Notes: generated by a model from the sequence alone, not told the origin. Shown: positions 11,589-21,292, numbered from the stretch's first letter. The stretch: 64,000 bases of DNA from Bacteroidales bacterium (GCA_024400295.1 JAKSNA010000002.1:31707-95706); one strand, 5' to 3'. Numbers and translations are program-made.

Positions 11589-12524
11589 ATGAAAAAACTG
11601 CGTTATTTGTTTCTGGCCGGATTGCTCGTCATCGCTGTCGCGTCATGCACGAAATTCAAAGGCGATCAGGAAATTCCGGCTTATATGTGTATCAAACCTT
11701 GGACACTGATTACAAATTATGATAATGAAGGCGCTGACACTGAAGCGATTACCGATGCTTGGATCTATGTTGACGGCAATGTCCATGGATGCTTCGAGAT
11801 CCGCCCGAAAGAGAATGACACATCGGTCACCGTCCCGATTCTGACAAAAGGGAAACACACGGTGACCCTTTATCCTGGAATAAAAATGAACGGCATCGCG
11901 TCAACAAGAATACAATATCCGTTTTACAGGCCGTTTGTCATTGAGAATTACGAGTTTACGCCGGGAAAAACTGATACGGTTTACCCTTCGACAACGTACT
12001 ATTCGGTTGATGAAGGACAGGTTAAATTCAAGCTGATGGAGGATTTCGAATCTCTCGCGATGAAATTTTCCAAAGCTGATGACAGCGACACGACGATTTA
12101 CCGCGTGAGCTGGGATGAAAGCAAACCTCACTATGACCCTTTGGCATGGACCGGAAATATTGATAAGTCGAAATATTCCGGCAAGGTGACTCTTTGTGAT
12201 ACAATAGATTATTTCTGTATTTTGTCTGAAAGAATGAATGACTTGCCGAAGATGGGCAATTACATACTGCTTGAATTGGATTACCGTTGCGATGTGGAGT
12301 TTGAAGTCGGGTTGTATGCGTTGACGCAAAACGGCTACGAGAATTTCGAGCTTGTCTGGGTGAGACCGTCATCCGAATGGAAGAAAATATATATCAATCT
12401 CGGACCTACCGTTACTGACAACCAGACCGCGACATGGTGGAAATTGTTCATCGCAGGCTCGACTGTCAACGGTGAGACGGCGAATTTCTATTTTGACAAC
12501 ATAAAGGTGGTTTATCGTGATTAA
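11589..12524 (+). CDS. Conserved hypothetical lipoprotein
   Basis: Lipobox MKKLRYLFLAGLLVIAVASC; beta-rich body. Track start 11562 is GTG; ATG at 11589. Confidence 0.55.
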   Translation: MKKLRYLFLAGLLVIAVASCTKFKGDQEIPAYMCIKPWTLITNYDNEGADTEAITDAWIYVDGNVHGCFEIRPKENDTSVTVPILTKGKHTVTLYPGIKMNGIASTRIQYPFYRPFVIENYEFTPGKTDTVYPSTTYYSVDEGQVKFKLMEDFESLAMKFSKADDSDTTIYRVSWDESKPHYDPLAWTGNIDKSKYSGKVTLCDTIDYFCILSERMNDLPKMGNYILLELDYRCDVEFEVGLYALTQNGYENFELVWVRPSSEWKKIYINLGPTVTDNQTATWWKLFIAGSTVNGETANFYFDNIKVVYRD

Positions 12525-13944
12525 GAAAATAAATAAAAACAAACTGACTGCGAAATATGTCTGCTGGGACTGGATTGCTTCCGTGGCGGCATGGTTTCTG
12601 TTCTTCTGCTACCGCAAGAATTCCGAGATGCAGGACTTATGCAGCCGGTTTGACACTATTTTCGATGACAAGAACTTCTGGATCGGGATTGTCCTGATTC
12701 CGCTCGGCTGGGTGTTCCTTTATCTGCTCGCCGGTTCTTACAGGAGAGTCTATTTCAAATCAAGGGTCCGCGAACTCGGTCAGACGTTGTTGGTGACGTT
12801 GGTCGGGTCGGTGATGCTGTTCTTCCTGACAATCCTGAACGACACAATCAGTTCGTACAGAACGTATTACGATTATCTGTTCATTCTTTTCTCAATACAG
12901 TTTCTGCTGACCTATAGCGGACGATTAGTTATCACTACAATCACGGCGCGACAGATTCACAGCCGGAAAATCGGTTACAAAACTTTGATTATCGGAAGCC
13001 ATGACAATGCTTGTGATATTTATAAAGAGATTGAGAATCAAGAACTTTCGACGGGAAGCACGATAGTCGGTTTCGTCAATGTCTATGACTGGAGTGAATT
13101 CAAACTCGCTCGATACATACCGCATCTCGGATATTACAAGGATGTCGAGAAAGTCATTAAAGACAATGATATAGAAGAGGTTATTATTGCGATTGAGCGT
13201 TCGGAGACTAAAATGGTTGACAATATTCTGCTTCTTCTTGAGACTATTGATGTCAAGATAAAAATCATCCCGATAATGCAGGACTTGGTTTTCGGCACCA
13301 TCAAGCAGGAGGGCATCTGGCACGCCCCGCTCATTGAGATTTCTCCCGAGCCGATGCCGGTATGGCAGGCGTTCACCAAAAGAGTCTTCGACATCGTGGC
13401 GTCAGTCATGGTCATAATCATCTTGTCGCCGGTTTATGTTTTCACTGCGATAATGGTGAAATGTTCCTCGCCCGGCCCGGTTTTCTATCGGCAGGAACGG
13501 ATCGGGAAGCATGGCAGACCATTTAACATGCTGAAATTCAGGAGTATGTATGTCAATGCTGAAGATATGGGGCCTCAACTTTCAAAGGATGATGACCCTC
13601 GAATCACGAAATGGGGCAGGTTCATGCGCAAGGTGCGCCTTGATGAGATACCACAATTCTTCACGGTCCTCGGCGGTAAGATGTCGATAGTTGGCTATCG
13701 TCCTGAACGTCAGTATTATATCGATAAGATCGTGGAGAAAGTGCCTCATTACAGGATGCTGCTTAAGGTGAAACCGGGCATCACGAGCTGGGGCGAAGTG
13801 AAATACGGCTACGCCTCCACCGTCGATGAGATGGTTGAACGCCTGAAATATGACATTCTCTATATCGAGAACATGAACCTCGCCGTGGATATCAAGATAA
13901 TGATTTACACGGTGCTGATAGTCGTCCAGGGGCGCGGCAAGTGA
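12517..13944 (+). CDS. Polyprenyl-phosphate glycosyl-1-phosphate transferase (bacterial sugar transferase, WbaP/EpsB-like)
   Basis: N-terminal TM block, C-terminal KRVFDIVAS...PGPVFYRQERIGKHGRPFNMLKFRSM...DEIPQF...VGYRPE sugar-transferase signature; GTG start overlaps upstream stop. Confidence 0.85.
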   Translation: MIKKINKNKLTAKYVCWDWIASVAAWFLFFCYRKNSEMQDLCSRFDTIFDDKNFWIGIVLIPLGWVFLYLLAGSYRRVYFKSRVRELGQTLLVTLVGSVMLFFLTILNDTISSYRTYYDYLFILFSIQFLLTYSGRLVITTITARQIHSRKIGYKTLIIGSHDNACDIYKEIENQELSTGSTIVGFVNVYDWSEFKLARYIPHLGYYKDVEKVIKDNDIEEVIIAIERSETKMVDNILLLLETIDVKIKIIPIMQDLVFGTIKQEGIWHAPLIEISPEPMPVWQAFTKRVFDIVASVMVIIILSPVYVFTAIMVKCSSPGPVFYRQERIGKHGRPFNMLKFRSMYVNAEDMGPQLSKDDDPRITKWGRFMRKVRLDEIPQFFTVLGGKMSIVGYRPERQYYIDKIVEKVPHYRMLLKVKPGITSWGEVKYGYASTVDEMVERLKYDILYIENMNLAVDIKIMIYTVLIVVQGRGK

Positions 13945-14012
13945 TTTGTTGGAGCAGAGCCAGAGCGCTTTGACAAATTACGTCAGCTCTCTTAACTCTA
14001 CTCTCTTAACTT

Positions 14013-15230
14013 TTATCTTTTAATGAAAACTTCATTCGACAGCTTATCCTTGGCGTAATTCACGTCGATTTCCAGTTCTTTCTCGCCGGATGACGGCATG
14101 TCGAACATCGCGTCGTTGAGGATGGCTTCGAGTATTGAGCGCAACCCGCGGGCACCAAGTTTGAACTCGATGCTCTTGTCAACGATGAAATCCAACACAT
14201 CGTCGCTGATTATCAGGTTGATGCCGTCCATCGCGAACAGTTTCGTAAATTGCTTCGTGATGGCGTTTTTAGGCTCGGTGAGTATGCGTTTCAGTGATGC
14301 CCTGTCGAGTGGGTTCAAATATGTCAGGATTGGGAAGCGTCCGATGATTTCCGGGATGAGGCCGAATTTCTTGAGGTCAGACGGCGCTATATATTGAAGG
14401 AGATTGTCGCGGTCAATTTGCTCTTTCATGTCGGAACCATAACCTATTGCGTTTGTCCCCACGCGGTTGGCTATTATCTTGTCTATGCCGTCGAATGCAC
14501 CGCCGGCGATGAACAGTATGTTCTTTGTGTTCACCTGAATCATCTTCTGTTCGGGGTGTTTGCGTCCGCCTTGTGGCGGCACGTTGACGACGGTGCCTTC
14601 AAGGAGTTTCAGCATTGCCTGCTGCACTCCCTCGCCGGAGACGTCACGCGTGATGCTCGGGTTGTCGCCTTTCCTCGCAATCTTGTCAATCTCATCGATG
14701 AAGACGATGCCTTTCTCCGCTGCGGCTACGTCATAGTCGGCAGCTTGCAGCAGTCTGACCAAGATGTTCTCGACGTCTTCTCCCACATAGCCAGCTTCGG
14801 TGAGGACCGTTGCATCGGCGATGGCGAAAGGCACGTTGAGCATCTTCGCTATCGTCTTGGCCAGCAAGGTCTTGCCTGTTCCTGTCTCGCCGACAAGGAT
14901 GACATTCGACTTCTCTATCTCAACGTCGTTGTCATCGTTTGTCTGGTTCAGACGTTTGTAATGATTATACACGGCGACCGCCAACACACGTTTCGCGCTG
15001 TCCTGCCCGATGACATATTGGTCGAGGAAATTCTTGATTTCCAAAGGCTTGAGAAGTTTAAAATCGGGTGCCGCGGCTTTCTTGCGGTGATTTTCCTCTT
15101 CCATCAGCATGATGTGTGCGCGGCTGACGCAGTCGTCACAGATGAATCCGTCGATGCCTGTTATCAAGAGGTTTGTCTCGTTTTCAGGCCTCCCGCAGAA
15201 CGAACAGTGGTTTACAGGTCTTTTCGTCAT
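14013..15230 (-). CDS. clpX: ATP-dependent Clp protease ATP-binding subunit ClpX
   Basis: Zinc ribbon CSFCGR...CDDC, Walker A GETGTGKT, Walker B VFIDEIDK, pore loop GYVG. Confidence 0.97.
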   Translation of the reverse strand: MTKRPVNHCSFCGRPENETNLLITGIDGFICDDCVSRAHIMLMEEENHRKKAAAPDFKLLKPLEIKNFLDQYVIGQDSAKRVLAVAVYNHYKRLNQTNDDNDVEIEKSNVILVGETGTGKTLLAKTIAKMLNVPFAIADATVLTEAGYVGEDVENILVRLLQAADYDVAAAEKGIVFIDEIDKIARKGDNPSITRDVSGEGVQQAMLKLLEGTVVNVPPQGGRKHPEQKMIQVNTKNILFIAGGAFDGIDKIIANRVGTNAIGYGSDMKEQIDRDNLLQYIAPSDLKKFGLIPEIIGRFPILTYLNPLDRASLKRILTEPKNAITKQFTKLFAMDGINLIISDDVLDFIVDKSIEFKLGARGLRSILEAILNDAMFDMPSSGEKELEIDVNYAKDKLSNEVFIKR

Positions 15231-15281
15231 TTTTTAACTTTTAACTCTCTACTCTCTTAACTCTACTCTCTACTCTTTCAA

Positions 15282-15953
15282 CTATTTCTTTGACAGCACT
15301 TCGTCAATCATGCCATAATCCTTGGCTTCGGCTGATGTCATCCAGTAGTCGCGGTCGGAGTCTGCCCACACTTTGTCGAACGGCTGTCCTGAGTGTGTGG
15401 CGATGATTTCGTACAGTTCCTTCTTGAGTTTCTGTATCTCTCTCGCTGTGATTTCGATATCGGAAGCCTGTCCCTGCATTCCGCCCATAGGCTGGTGGAT
15501 CATGATGCGTGAGTGCTTGAGGGCTGAGCGTTTTCCTGCTGCGCCGGCGCAAAGCAGCACCGCTGCCATTGACGCTGCCATGCCTGTGCATATCGTGGCG
15601 ACGTCAGGCTGCACAAACTGCATGGTGTCGTAGATGCCGAGTCCGGCATATACCGATCCGCCAGGGGAGTTGAGGTATATCTGTATGTCGCGTTTCGGGT
15701 CGGACGACTCGAGGAAGAGCAGCTGGGCCTGGATGATGTTTGCGACGTAGTCGTCAATCTGGTCGCCGAGGAAGATAATGCGGTCCATCATCAGACGTGA
15801 GAAAACGTCCATCTGCGCCACGTTGAGCTGACGTTCCTCAATGATGGTCGGGGAGATGTAGCTGGTGATGTTGCCGGCGTATTTTTCAAGCCCTAACCCG
15901 TTGATGCCCAAATGTTTTGTGGCATATTTGTAAAATTCGTTATTTGTGTTCAT
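15282..15953 (-). CDS. clpP: ATP-dependent Clp protease proteolytic subunit ClpP
   Basis: IIFLGDQIDD, GMAASMAAVLL (catalytic Ser), IMIHQP (His) motifs; upstream of clpX. Confidence 0.97.
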   Translation of the reverse strand: MNTNNEFYKYATKHLGINGLGLEKYAGNITSYISPTIIEERQLNVAQMDVFSRLMMDRIIFLGDQIDDYVANIIQAQLLFLESSDPKRDIQIYLNSPGGSVYAGLGIYDTMQFVQPDVATICTGMAASMAAVLLCAGAAGKRSALKHSRIMIHQPMGGMQGQASDIEITAREIQKLKKELYEIIATHSGQPFDKVWADSDRDYWMTSAEAKDYGMIDEVLSKK

Positions 15954-15973
15954 AATGGTGTTTGTTTAGACGA

Positions 15974-16009
15974 ATATAGAGACGCCACGCTCGTGTGACG
16001 TCTCTATAT
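15974..16009 (-). terminator. Strong hairpin in the tig-clpP spacer (attenuator/processing or terminator-like)
   Basis: ATATAGAGACG (15974-15984) pairs perfectly with CGTCTCTATAT (15999-16009); inner CACG/CGTG pairs; no U-tract. Confidence 0.45.
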
Positions 16010-16028
16010 CATGTTATTAAATCATGTT

Positions 16029-17126
16029 TTATTTCTCTTCTTTTTCCGCTTCCGGCATCTCTGGCATCTCAGGCATGACTGCCTTCACGAAACCTTCGTA
16101 GTCGGTGTCAACGGTGTTGAGTTTCATGTTCTTCTTGAAGAACTCTGTGAGTTTCTGGTCGGCGACCTGATTGTGGATGTTCTGGCGCTGGTTCTCGTCT
16201 TTGAGCACTGCGTCAACGATGCCGTCGAGACGTTTCTTCATGTCTTCATCCATCCCTGTGATGTCGAGTTGCCCGAAGTACATCTTCCTGACGAAGTCTC
16301 TGACCTCTTCTTCCTTGAGGACGAGTTCAGGGTTTGCCTTGGCGATGGCTTCTTCGATGACCTGCCATCTGAATGTGTTGGCGTATGTCTTGTCGTAGTT
16401 CTTTTCGATGTCTTCGGCTGTGATCTTGCCGTCGCTGTTGGCCACGACCCAGCGCTTCAGGAATGCGTCAGGCAGGTCGAACCTGACTTCGCCCACGAGC
16501 TTTTCGATGGCAAGGTTGTAGAACATCCTGTCGGCTTCGATGACATACTGTTTCTCCATCTCGCCGGCGACTTCCTTGCGGAATGTCTCGATGTCTTTGA
16601 TGTCCTTGCCGGGGAAGAACTTCTTGAAGAACTCTTCGTTGAGTTCCGGCATGGTGCCGTCTTCGGCCTTGTTGTTCTCCTGGATGCGGCTGATTGTGGC
16701 ATCAAGTTCTTTCTCAGAAGCCTTGATGTTGTAGTAGTCCATGGTGATGTCACCGAGGTTGACGTTGACCTGTGGCTTGAGGCCGACCTCGAAGAAGAAA
16801 CTCATTGTCTCCTGTGTCTCAGGGTCTGCCGGCTGTTCTTTCTCCGGATCCGGAAGCGGATAGCCGATGGCGTCAATCTTGTTCTCGATGATGTGGTTGT
16901 TGAGGGCTTCCGACACTTTCCTGTTCAGTTTGTCGAACGTGACCGACGCACCGTACATCTTCTGAATCATCCCGAACGGAACCTTGCCTTGGCGGAAGCC
17001 AGGGACTGTAGCCTTGCGCTGGTAATCTTTCAATGCCTTGGTGACTTCGTCAGCGTAGTCAGCCTTCTCTATGTCAATCTGAATCTTGGCGATGAGTTCG
17101 CCGTCCATTGTCTGTGTTGTTTTCAT
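16029..17126 (-). CDS. tig: Trigger factor (short form lacking the central FKBP/PPIase domain)
   Basis: Ribosome-binding signature VPGFRQGKVP; N-domain runs straight into C-domain-like PELNEEFFKKF...IETFRKEVAGEMEKQ; tig-clpP-clpX synteny. Confidence 0.85.
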   Translation of the reverse strand: MKTTQTMDGELIAKIQIDIEKADYADEVTKALKDYQRKATVPGFRQGKVPFGMIQKMYGASVTFDKLNRKVSEALNNHIIENKIDAIGYPLPDPEKEQPADPETQETMSFFFEVGLKPQVNVNLGDITMDYYNIKASEKELDATISRIQENNKAEDGTMPELNEEFFKKFFPGKDIKDIETFRKEVAGEMEKQYVIEADRMFYNLAIEKLVGEVRFDLPDAFLKRWVVANSDGKITAEDIEKNYDKTYANTFRWQVIEEAIAKANPELVLKEEEVRDFVRKMYFGQLDITGMDEDMKKRLDGIVDAVLKDENQRQNIHNQVADQKLTEFFKKNMKLNTVDTDYEGFVKAVMPEMPEMPEAEKEEK

Positions 17127-17150
17127 TATGCGTAATTTATTGATTATCTG

Positions 17151-17232
17151 TGCGGATGAAGGGACTCGAACCCATACTCCTTACGGAACCAGATCCTAAG
17201 TCTGGCGCGGCTACCAATTACGCCACATCCGC
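17151..17232 (-). tRNA. tRNA-Leu (anticodon UAG)
   Basis: Reverse complement GCGGATG..CCAGA-CTTAGGA-TCTGG..long variable arm TCCGTAAGGA..GGGTTCGAGTCCC..CATCCGC-A folds as a class II cloverleaf with a perfect 7-bp acceptor stem; no encoded CCA. Confidence 0.9.
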
Positions 17233-17255
17233 TGTTAGCTTTTTTTTTGAGCGTG

Positions 17256-17263
17256 CAAAATTA
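17256..17263 (-). promoter_or_regulatory. -7 promoter box, tRNA-Leu
   Basis: TAATTTTG on minus strand, 24 nt before the tRNA 5' end. Confidence 0.5.
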
Positions 17264-17299
17264 CAAAATTTTTCGCTAATGGAAACAAATATTTCAAAT

Positions 17300-18418
17300 T
17301 TATTTCTTGACGTCCAACGCCTCGCGTAAGGCGTTGCCCATCAGCATGAAAGCGAGTACGAGAAGCATGATGGCGATGCCTGGGAGTATCGCTAAATACG
17401 CGTCGTTCAAGATGATGTAGGCGTAGTTTTCTTTGATCATAGAACCCCATGACGGCGTTGGCGGCTGCACCCCGATGCCAAGGAAACTCAACCCCGCCTC
17501 AAGGAGTATCGCCGTGGCGAAGTTGGCCGCCGAGATGACGATTATCGGGTTTATCACGTTCGGGATGATATGCCTGATGATGATTCTTGCATTCCTGAAG
17601 CCTAACGCGCGTCCCGCCTCCACGAAGGTCGTCTCCCTGACCGACAGGATCTGCCCGCGCGTCACACGCGCCACCTCAACCCACATCGTAAGCCCGACGG
17701 CGATGAAGACCTGAACGACTCCCTTGCCCAAGGCGAAGGTTATCGCTATGACAATCAACAACGTCGGCAGCGACCAAACAACATTGATGAACCACATCAC
17801 CACGTCATCGACACGACCGCGGAAGAAACCGCCAAGCCCGCCGATGAACAATCCTATCACCACGCTGAGAATCACCGCGATGAAACCGACCGACAGACTT
17901 ATCCGCGTGCCGAGTATTATGCGGCTCAGGAAGTCACGACCGAACTGATCTGTCCCCAAAATGAAACGCCTGTGAACCACAAAATCCTCAATATTCGTGC
18001 TATCCGTGCAATTCATGGTGAAAACCTCGTGGTCTATAACCTCGGTCTTCACCTCACCGGAATGTTCGGGGTTGAAGACATACACCGTGGTGCTTGTCTC
18101 TCCGACCTTCAGCGAGTCGAACGGTATCTGCCTGAACGCGCTCGGCTGTCCGCTCCACAGTTTCTTCAGGAACCCCGCCTTCTCCGGTCTGACCGGCTTG
18201 GGGACGAGCAGCACATCGACCCCGAAACCTGGTTTCTGCGTGCTTATCTCAAGGATTTGCGTGTTGGCATCCGGCGTGTCGTCGGGGATGATGTAATAGG
18301 CGAATATCGCTAACAATACACATAAAATAATGAAAATCAACGAAATCATGCCTGTGGCATTCTTCCTGTAACGCTGCCATGCCATCTGCGAAGGTGATAG
18401 AAATCTGTTGTTTTTCAT
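17300..18418 (-). CDS. ABC transporter permease (DppC/OppC-like binding-protein-dependent family) with long N-terminal loop
   Basis: N-terminal TM, about 130-aa loop, then FILGTDQFGRDFLSRIILG... and EAGLSFLGIG.. permease signature. Confidence 0.75.
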   Translation of the reverse strand: MKNNRFLSPSQMAWQRYRKNATGMISLIFIILCVLLAIFAYYIIPDDTPDANTQILEISTQKPGFGVDVLLVPKPVRPEKAGFLKKLWSGQPSAFRQIPFDSLKVGETSTTVYVFNPEHSGEVKTEVIDHEVFTMNCTDSTNIEDFVVHRRFILGTDQFGRDFLSRIILGTRISLSVGFIAVILSVVIGLFIGGLGGFFRGRVDDVVMWFINVVWSLPTLLIVIAITFALGKGVVQVFIAVGLTMWVEVARVTRGQILSVRETTFVEAGRALGFRNARIIIRHIIPNVINPIIVISAANFATAILLEAGLSFLGIGVQPPTPSWGSMIKENYAYIILNDAYLAILPGIAIMLLVLAFMLMGNALREALDVKK

Positions 18419-18435
18419 CGTAAAAAATTATAGGG

Positions 18436-18443
18436 CAAAGATA
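18436..18443 (-). promoter_or_regulatory. -7 promoter box, ABC permease
   Basis: TATCTTTG on minus strand, ATG 18 nt downstream. Confidence 0.55.
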
Positions 18444-18456
18444 TTGGTTTTTGTCT

Positions 18457-18464
18457 TACATTTG
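18457..18464 (+). promoter_or_regulatory. -7 promoter box, dapD
   Basis: TACATTTG, ATG 21 nt downstream. Confidence 0.55.
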
Positions 18465-18484
18465 CACTTTCATTTATCAAAATT

Positions 18485-19294
18485 ATGGATAGCATTAAAA
18501 AGATTATCGAAGACGCTTGGGACGACCGCTCCATGCTTGAGAGAAACGAGACCTGTGACGCCATCCGCGAGGTGGTGCGCCTGCTTGACTGCGGGCAGCT
18601 GCGTATCGCTGAAAAGGCTGGTGGACAATGGGTCGTGAACGAATGGCTGAAAAAAGCCGTCATCATGTTCTTTCCGATAAACAAGATGGAGGTGAGCAAG
18701 AGCGGCATCTTCGAGTACAACGACAAAATCGCGTTGAAGGACGGTTTCGGGCAGGCTGGCGTGCGTGTCGTGCCTCCGGCGACTGTCCGCTACGGTGCTT
18801 TTATTAATAAAGGTGTCGTCCTGATGCCGTCGTATGTCAACATCGGCGCATACGTTGACAGCGGCACGATGGTTGACACGTGGGCTACCGTCGGCTCGTG
18901 CGCGCAGATTGGCAAAAACGTGCATCTCAGCGGCGGTGTCGGCATCGGCGGCGTGCTCGAACCCGTGCAGGCTGCCCCCGTCATCATCGAAGACAACTGT
19001 TTCATCGGCTCGCGCTGCATCGTCGTCGAAGGCGTGAGGGTGGAGGAGGAAGCTGTGCTCGGCGCGAATACCGTCATCACGCAATCGACAAGAATCATCG
19101 ACGTGACCGGCACCGAACCTGTCGAGTACAGAGGCTTTGTGCCTGCCCGCTCGGTCGTCGTACCAGGCTCATACACAAAGCATTTCCCCGCCGGCGACTT
19201 CCAAGTGGCATGCGCTCTGATAATAAAGAAACGTAACGAGTCAACGGATAAAAAAACATCTCTCAACGAAGCGTTAAGAGATGTTCAGGCTTGA
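18485..19294 (+). CDS. dapD: 2,3,4,5-tetrahydropyridine-2,6-dicarboxylate N-succinyltransferase
   Basis: Left-handed beta-helix hexapeptide repeats (GAYVDSGTMVDTWATVGSCAQIGKNVHLSGGVGIGG), DapD-like N-terminus. Confidence 0.85.
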   Translation: MDSIKKIIEDAWDDRSMLERNETCDAIREVVRLLDCGQLRIAEKAGGQWVVNEWLKKAVIMFFPINKMEVSKSGIFEYNDKIALKDGFGQAGVRVVPPATVRYGAFINKGVVLMPSYVNIGAYVDSGTMVDTWATVGSCAQIGKNVHLSGGVGIGGVLEPVQAAPVIIEDNCFIGSRCIVVEGVRVEEEAVLGANTVITQSTRIIDVTGTEPVEYRGFVPARSVVVPGSYTKHFPAGDFQVACALIIKKRNESTDKKTSLNEALRDVQA

Positions 19295-19295
19295 G

Positions 19296-19370
19296 GGTAG
19301 AAGGTGGGATTCGAACCCACGACCCACGGAACCACAATCCGGTACTCTAACCAGCTGAGCTACATCTACC
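19296..19370 (-). tRNA. tRNA-His (anticodon GUG) with encoded G-1
   Basis: Reverse complement G-GTAGATG-TA-GCTC..GAGT-A-CCGGA-TTGTGGT-TCCGT-GGGTC-GTGGG-TTCGAAT-CCCAC-CTTCTAC-C; the extra 5' G can pair with discriminator C, as is typical of tRNA-His; one U-U mismatch in the acceptor stem. Confidence 0.88.
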
Positions 19371-19386
19371 ATCGGGTTTGCGGCTG

Positions 19387-19394
19387 CAAAAGTA
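19387..19394 (-). promoter_or_regulatory. -7 promoter box, tRNA-His
   Basis: TACTTTTG on minus strand, 17 nt before the tRNA 5' end. Confidence 0.5.
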
Positions 19395-19510
19395 CAACTT
19401 TTTTCAATACGCGCAACTTTTTTTGAAAAATTTTTTCGCCCCGCATCTGAACGCTGATTTCGCACTTTATAAACTTTATAAACTTTCCAGTTTTATAAAC
19501 TAAAAATCGC

Positions 19511-19518
19511 TATCTTTG
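19511..19518 (+). promoter_or_regulatory. -7 promoter box, ruvX-def operon
   Basis: TATCTTTG, ATG 16 nt downstream. Confidence 0.55.
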
Positions 19519-19533
19519 CAAAAATTTTTTGAA

Positions 19534-19950
19534 ATGGGAAGAATAATGGCAATTGATTATGGCAGAAAGCGTTGCGGCATCGCCGTGACCGACCCGCTGC
19601 GCATCATCGCCAACGGCCTGGCAAATGTGCCGGCGCATGAGCTGCTGGCTTTCATCCAGAATTATATCAAGACCGAACAGGTGGACGTCATCGTCGTCGG
19701 CGAACCGAAAGACATGCACAACAACCCTTCGGAGTCGGCGAAATATATCGAACCGTTCATGAAACAACTCGCAAAGACACTGCCCGACATCGAAATAAAA
19801 CGCTATGACGAACGCTTCACATCAGTGATGGCGCATCAGGCGATGCTCGACGCTGGACTCAGCAGGAAACAGCGGCAGAACAAGGAACTTGTCGATACCA
19901 TCAGCGCAACACTGATCCTGCAGTCGTTCATGAATTTTATCAGCCATTAA
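19534..19950 (+). CDS. ruvX: Holliday-junction resolvase-like pre-16S rRNA nuclease RuvX/YqgF
   Basis: MGRIMAIDYGRKRCGIAVTDPL, VIVVGEP, DERFTS motifs. Track start is TTG; ATG 19534 is 16 nt past a -7 box. Confidence 0.88.
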   Translation: MGRIMAIDYGRKRCGIAVTDPLRIIANGLANVPAHELLAFIQNYIKTEQVDVIVVGEPKDMHNNPSESAKYIEPFMKQLAKTLPDIEIKRYDERFTSVMAHQAMLDAGLSRKQRQNKELVDTISATLILQSFMNFISH

Positions 19951-19996
19951 CTTAAATCACCTAAGTACTTAAACACCTAAACACCTGATAACTAAT

Positions 19997-20569
19997 ATGA
20001 TTTTACCAGTAGTTGCATACGGCCACCCTGTCCTGAAACGCGTGGCAGAGGATATTGAAGAGAATACACCTGAAATTCAGAAACTCATTGCCGACATGTT
20101 CGAGACGATGTATCACTCCGAGGGCGTCGGCCTTGCCGCACCGCAGGTTAATAAGTCGATACGTCTGTTCGTCATCGACTGCGACCCTTTCAAGGAGAAA
20201 TATCCCGAAGGCGCGGGCGTGAAGAAAGTATTTATCAATGCCGAAATCATTGAACTGTCGGGCGAGCCTTGGATTTTCAAGGAAGGATGCCTCAGCCTCC
20301 CCGACATGGGCGAAGACGTTGAACGGCCGGGCATGGTGAAGATCTGGTACTTGGATGAAAACTTCGAGGAACACGAAGAAACTTTCTCCGGCATCGTGGC
20401 GCGTGTCATCCAGCATGAATACGACCATCTCGAAGGCAAGGTCTATGTTGACCGCCTCAGCTCGATGCGCAAGATGCTGCTGAAAAACAAACTGCGCAAC
20501 ATCTCCGAAGGCCGCGTCGATGTGGATTACAAGATGATATTCCCGAATAAGAAAAAAGGTAAACGATAA
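19997..20569 (+). CDS. def: Peptide deformylase
   Basis: GVGLAAPQV, EGCLSLP, QHEYDHLEG metal-binding motifs. Confidence 0.96.
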   Translation: MILPVVAYGHPVLKRVAEDIEENTPEIQKLIADMFETMYHSEGVGLAAPQVNKSIRLFVIDCDPFKEKYPEGAGVKKVFINAEIIELSGEPWIFKEGCLSLPDMGEDVERPGMVKIWYLDENFEEHEETFSGIVARVIQHEYDHLEGKVYVDRLSSMRKMLLKNKLRNISEGRVDVDYKMIFPNKKKGKR

Positions 20570-20593
20570 GCTAACACCTAAATACCTGAAAAA

Positions 20594-21088
20594 ATGAAAA
20601 AAATCACACCTTTGTTAATAATGGCGGTTGCCATGTTGCTTTTCGGCTGCGCAAACGAGAATCTTTCAGACGAGATCGCGAAACTCGAGAAACAGGCGTT
20701 CTCGACGGAAGGGGCGGTTGAACCTCAGACTGCCGAACAGCTTGTTGATGCGTATTGTGCTTTCGCGACGCAGAACCCTGAAAATCAGGCATCGGCGGAG
20801 TACCTCTTCAAGGCAGTTAATGTCTCGATGAACTTCGATAATCCTCAGAAGACCATCGGCATCATCGACAGAATGCTGACGGAATATCCTGATTATCAGA
20901 AGACACCGACAACACTTTTCCTGAAAGGGTTCATCTATGAGACACGCTTCGGCAACTACGACCAGGCCCGCGCCGCATACGAGAAATATCTCGAACTCTA
21001 TCCCGATGGCGAACTCGCCGATGACTGCAGGGCTTCCATCGAGTACCTCGGACTATCGCCGGATGAACTCATCAAGATGTTCGAATAA
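20594..21088 (+). CDS. TPR-repeat lipoprotein
   Basis: Lipobox LLFGC; TPR-like helices (YEKYLELYPDGELADD). Confidence 0.6.
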   Translation: MKKITPLLIMAVAMLLFGCANENLSDEIAKLEKQAFSTEGAVEPQTAEQLVDAYCAFATQNPENQASAEYLFKAVNVSMNFDNPQKTIGIIDRMLTEYPDYQKTPTTLFLKGFIYETRFGNYDQARAAYEKYLELYPDGELADDCRASIEYLGLSPDELIKMFE

Positions 21089-21292
21089 CCTTTTTAACCC
21101 AAACCATAACCCAAACCAAAACTGCTGGCGCCGCTGGGCTTGCGGGCTGCCCGCAGGGCAGTATCTCAATAACAGGGAACGCGGCACGCGCGCCCGGCAG
21201 AGTGATATGTCGCTCGGTGTCTGCCCGTGCAGTGTGCCGCCTGCCCGTGCAAAAAAACAAAAAAAAACCTCTTGCGGTATCAAAAAATAGTG

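Noticed and set aside
16011-17135. 374-aa ORF antisense to tig. Similar long antisense ORFs lie at 14394-15260 (clpX), 37517-38416 (VOC gene), 57421-58521 (malQ), 51962-52966 and 5291-5989
   Set aside because: Each lies opposite a gene with unambiguous family motifs and has low-complexity V/L/F/D/H-rich composition. None has a promoter box or a plausible start context. They are shadow ORFs.
21053-21290. Several 60-120-aa ORFs in the GC-rich leader, and in alternative frames of 22067-23884
   Set aside because: They are Arg/Pro/Ala-rich translations typical of out-of-frame reading of GC-rich DNA. They overlap one another and better-supported genes.
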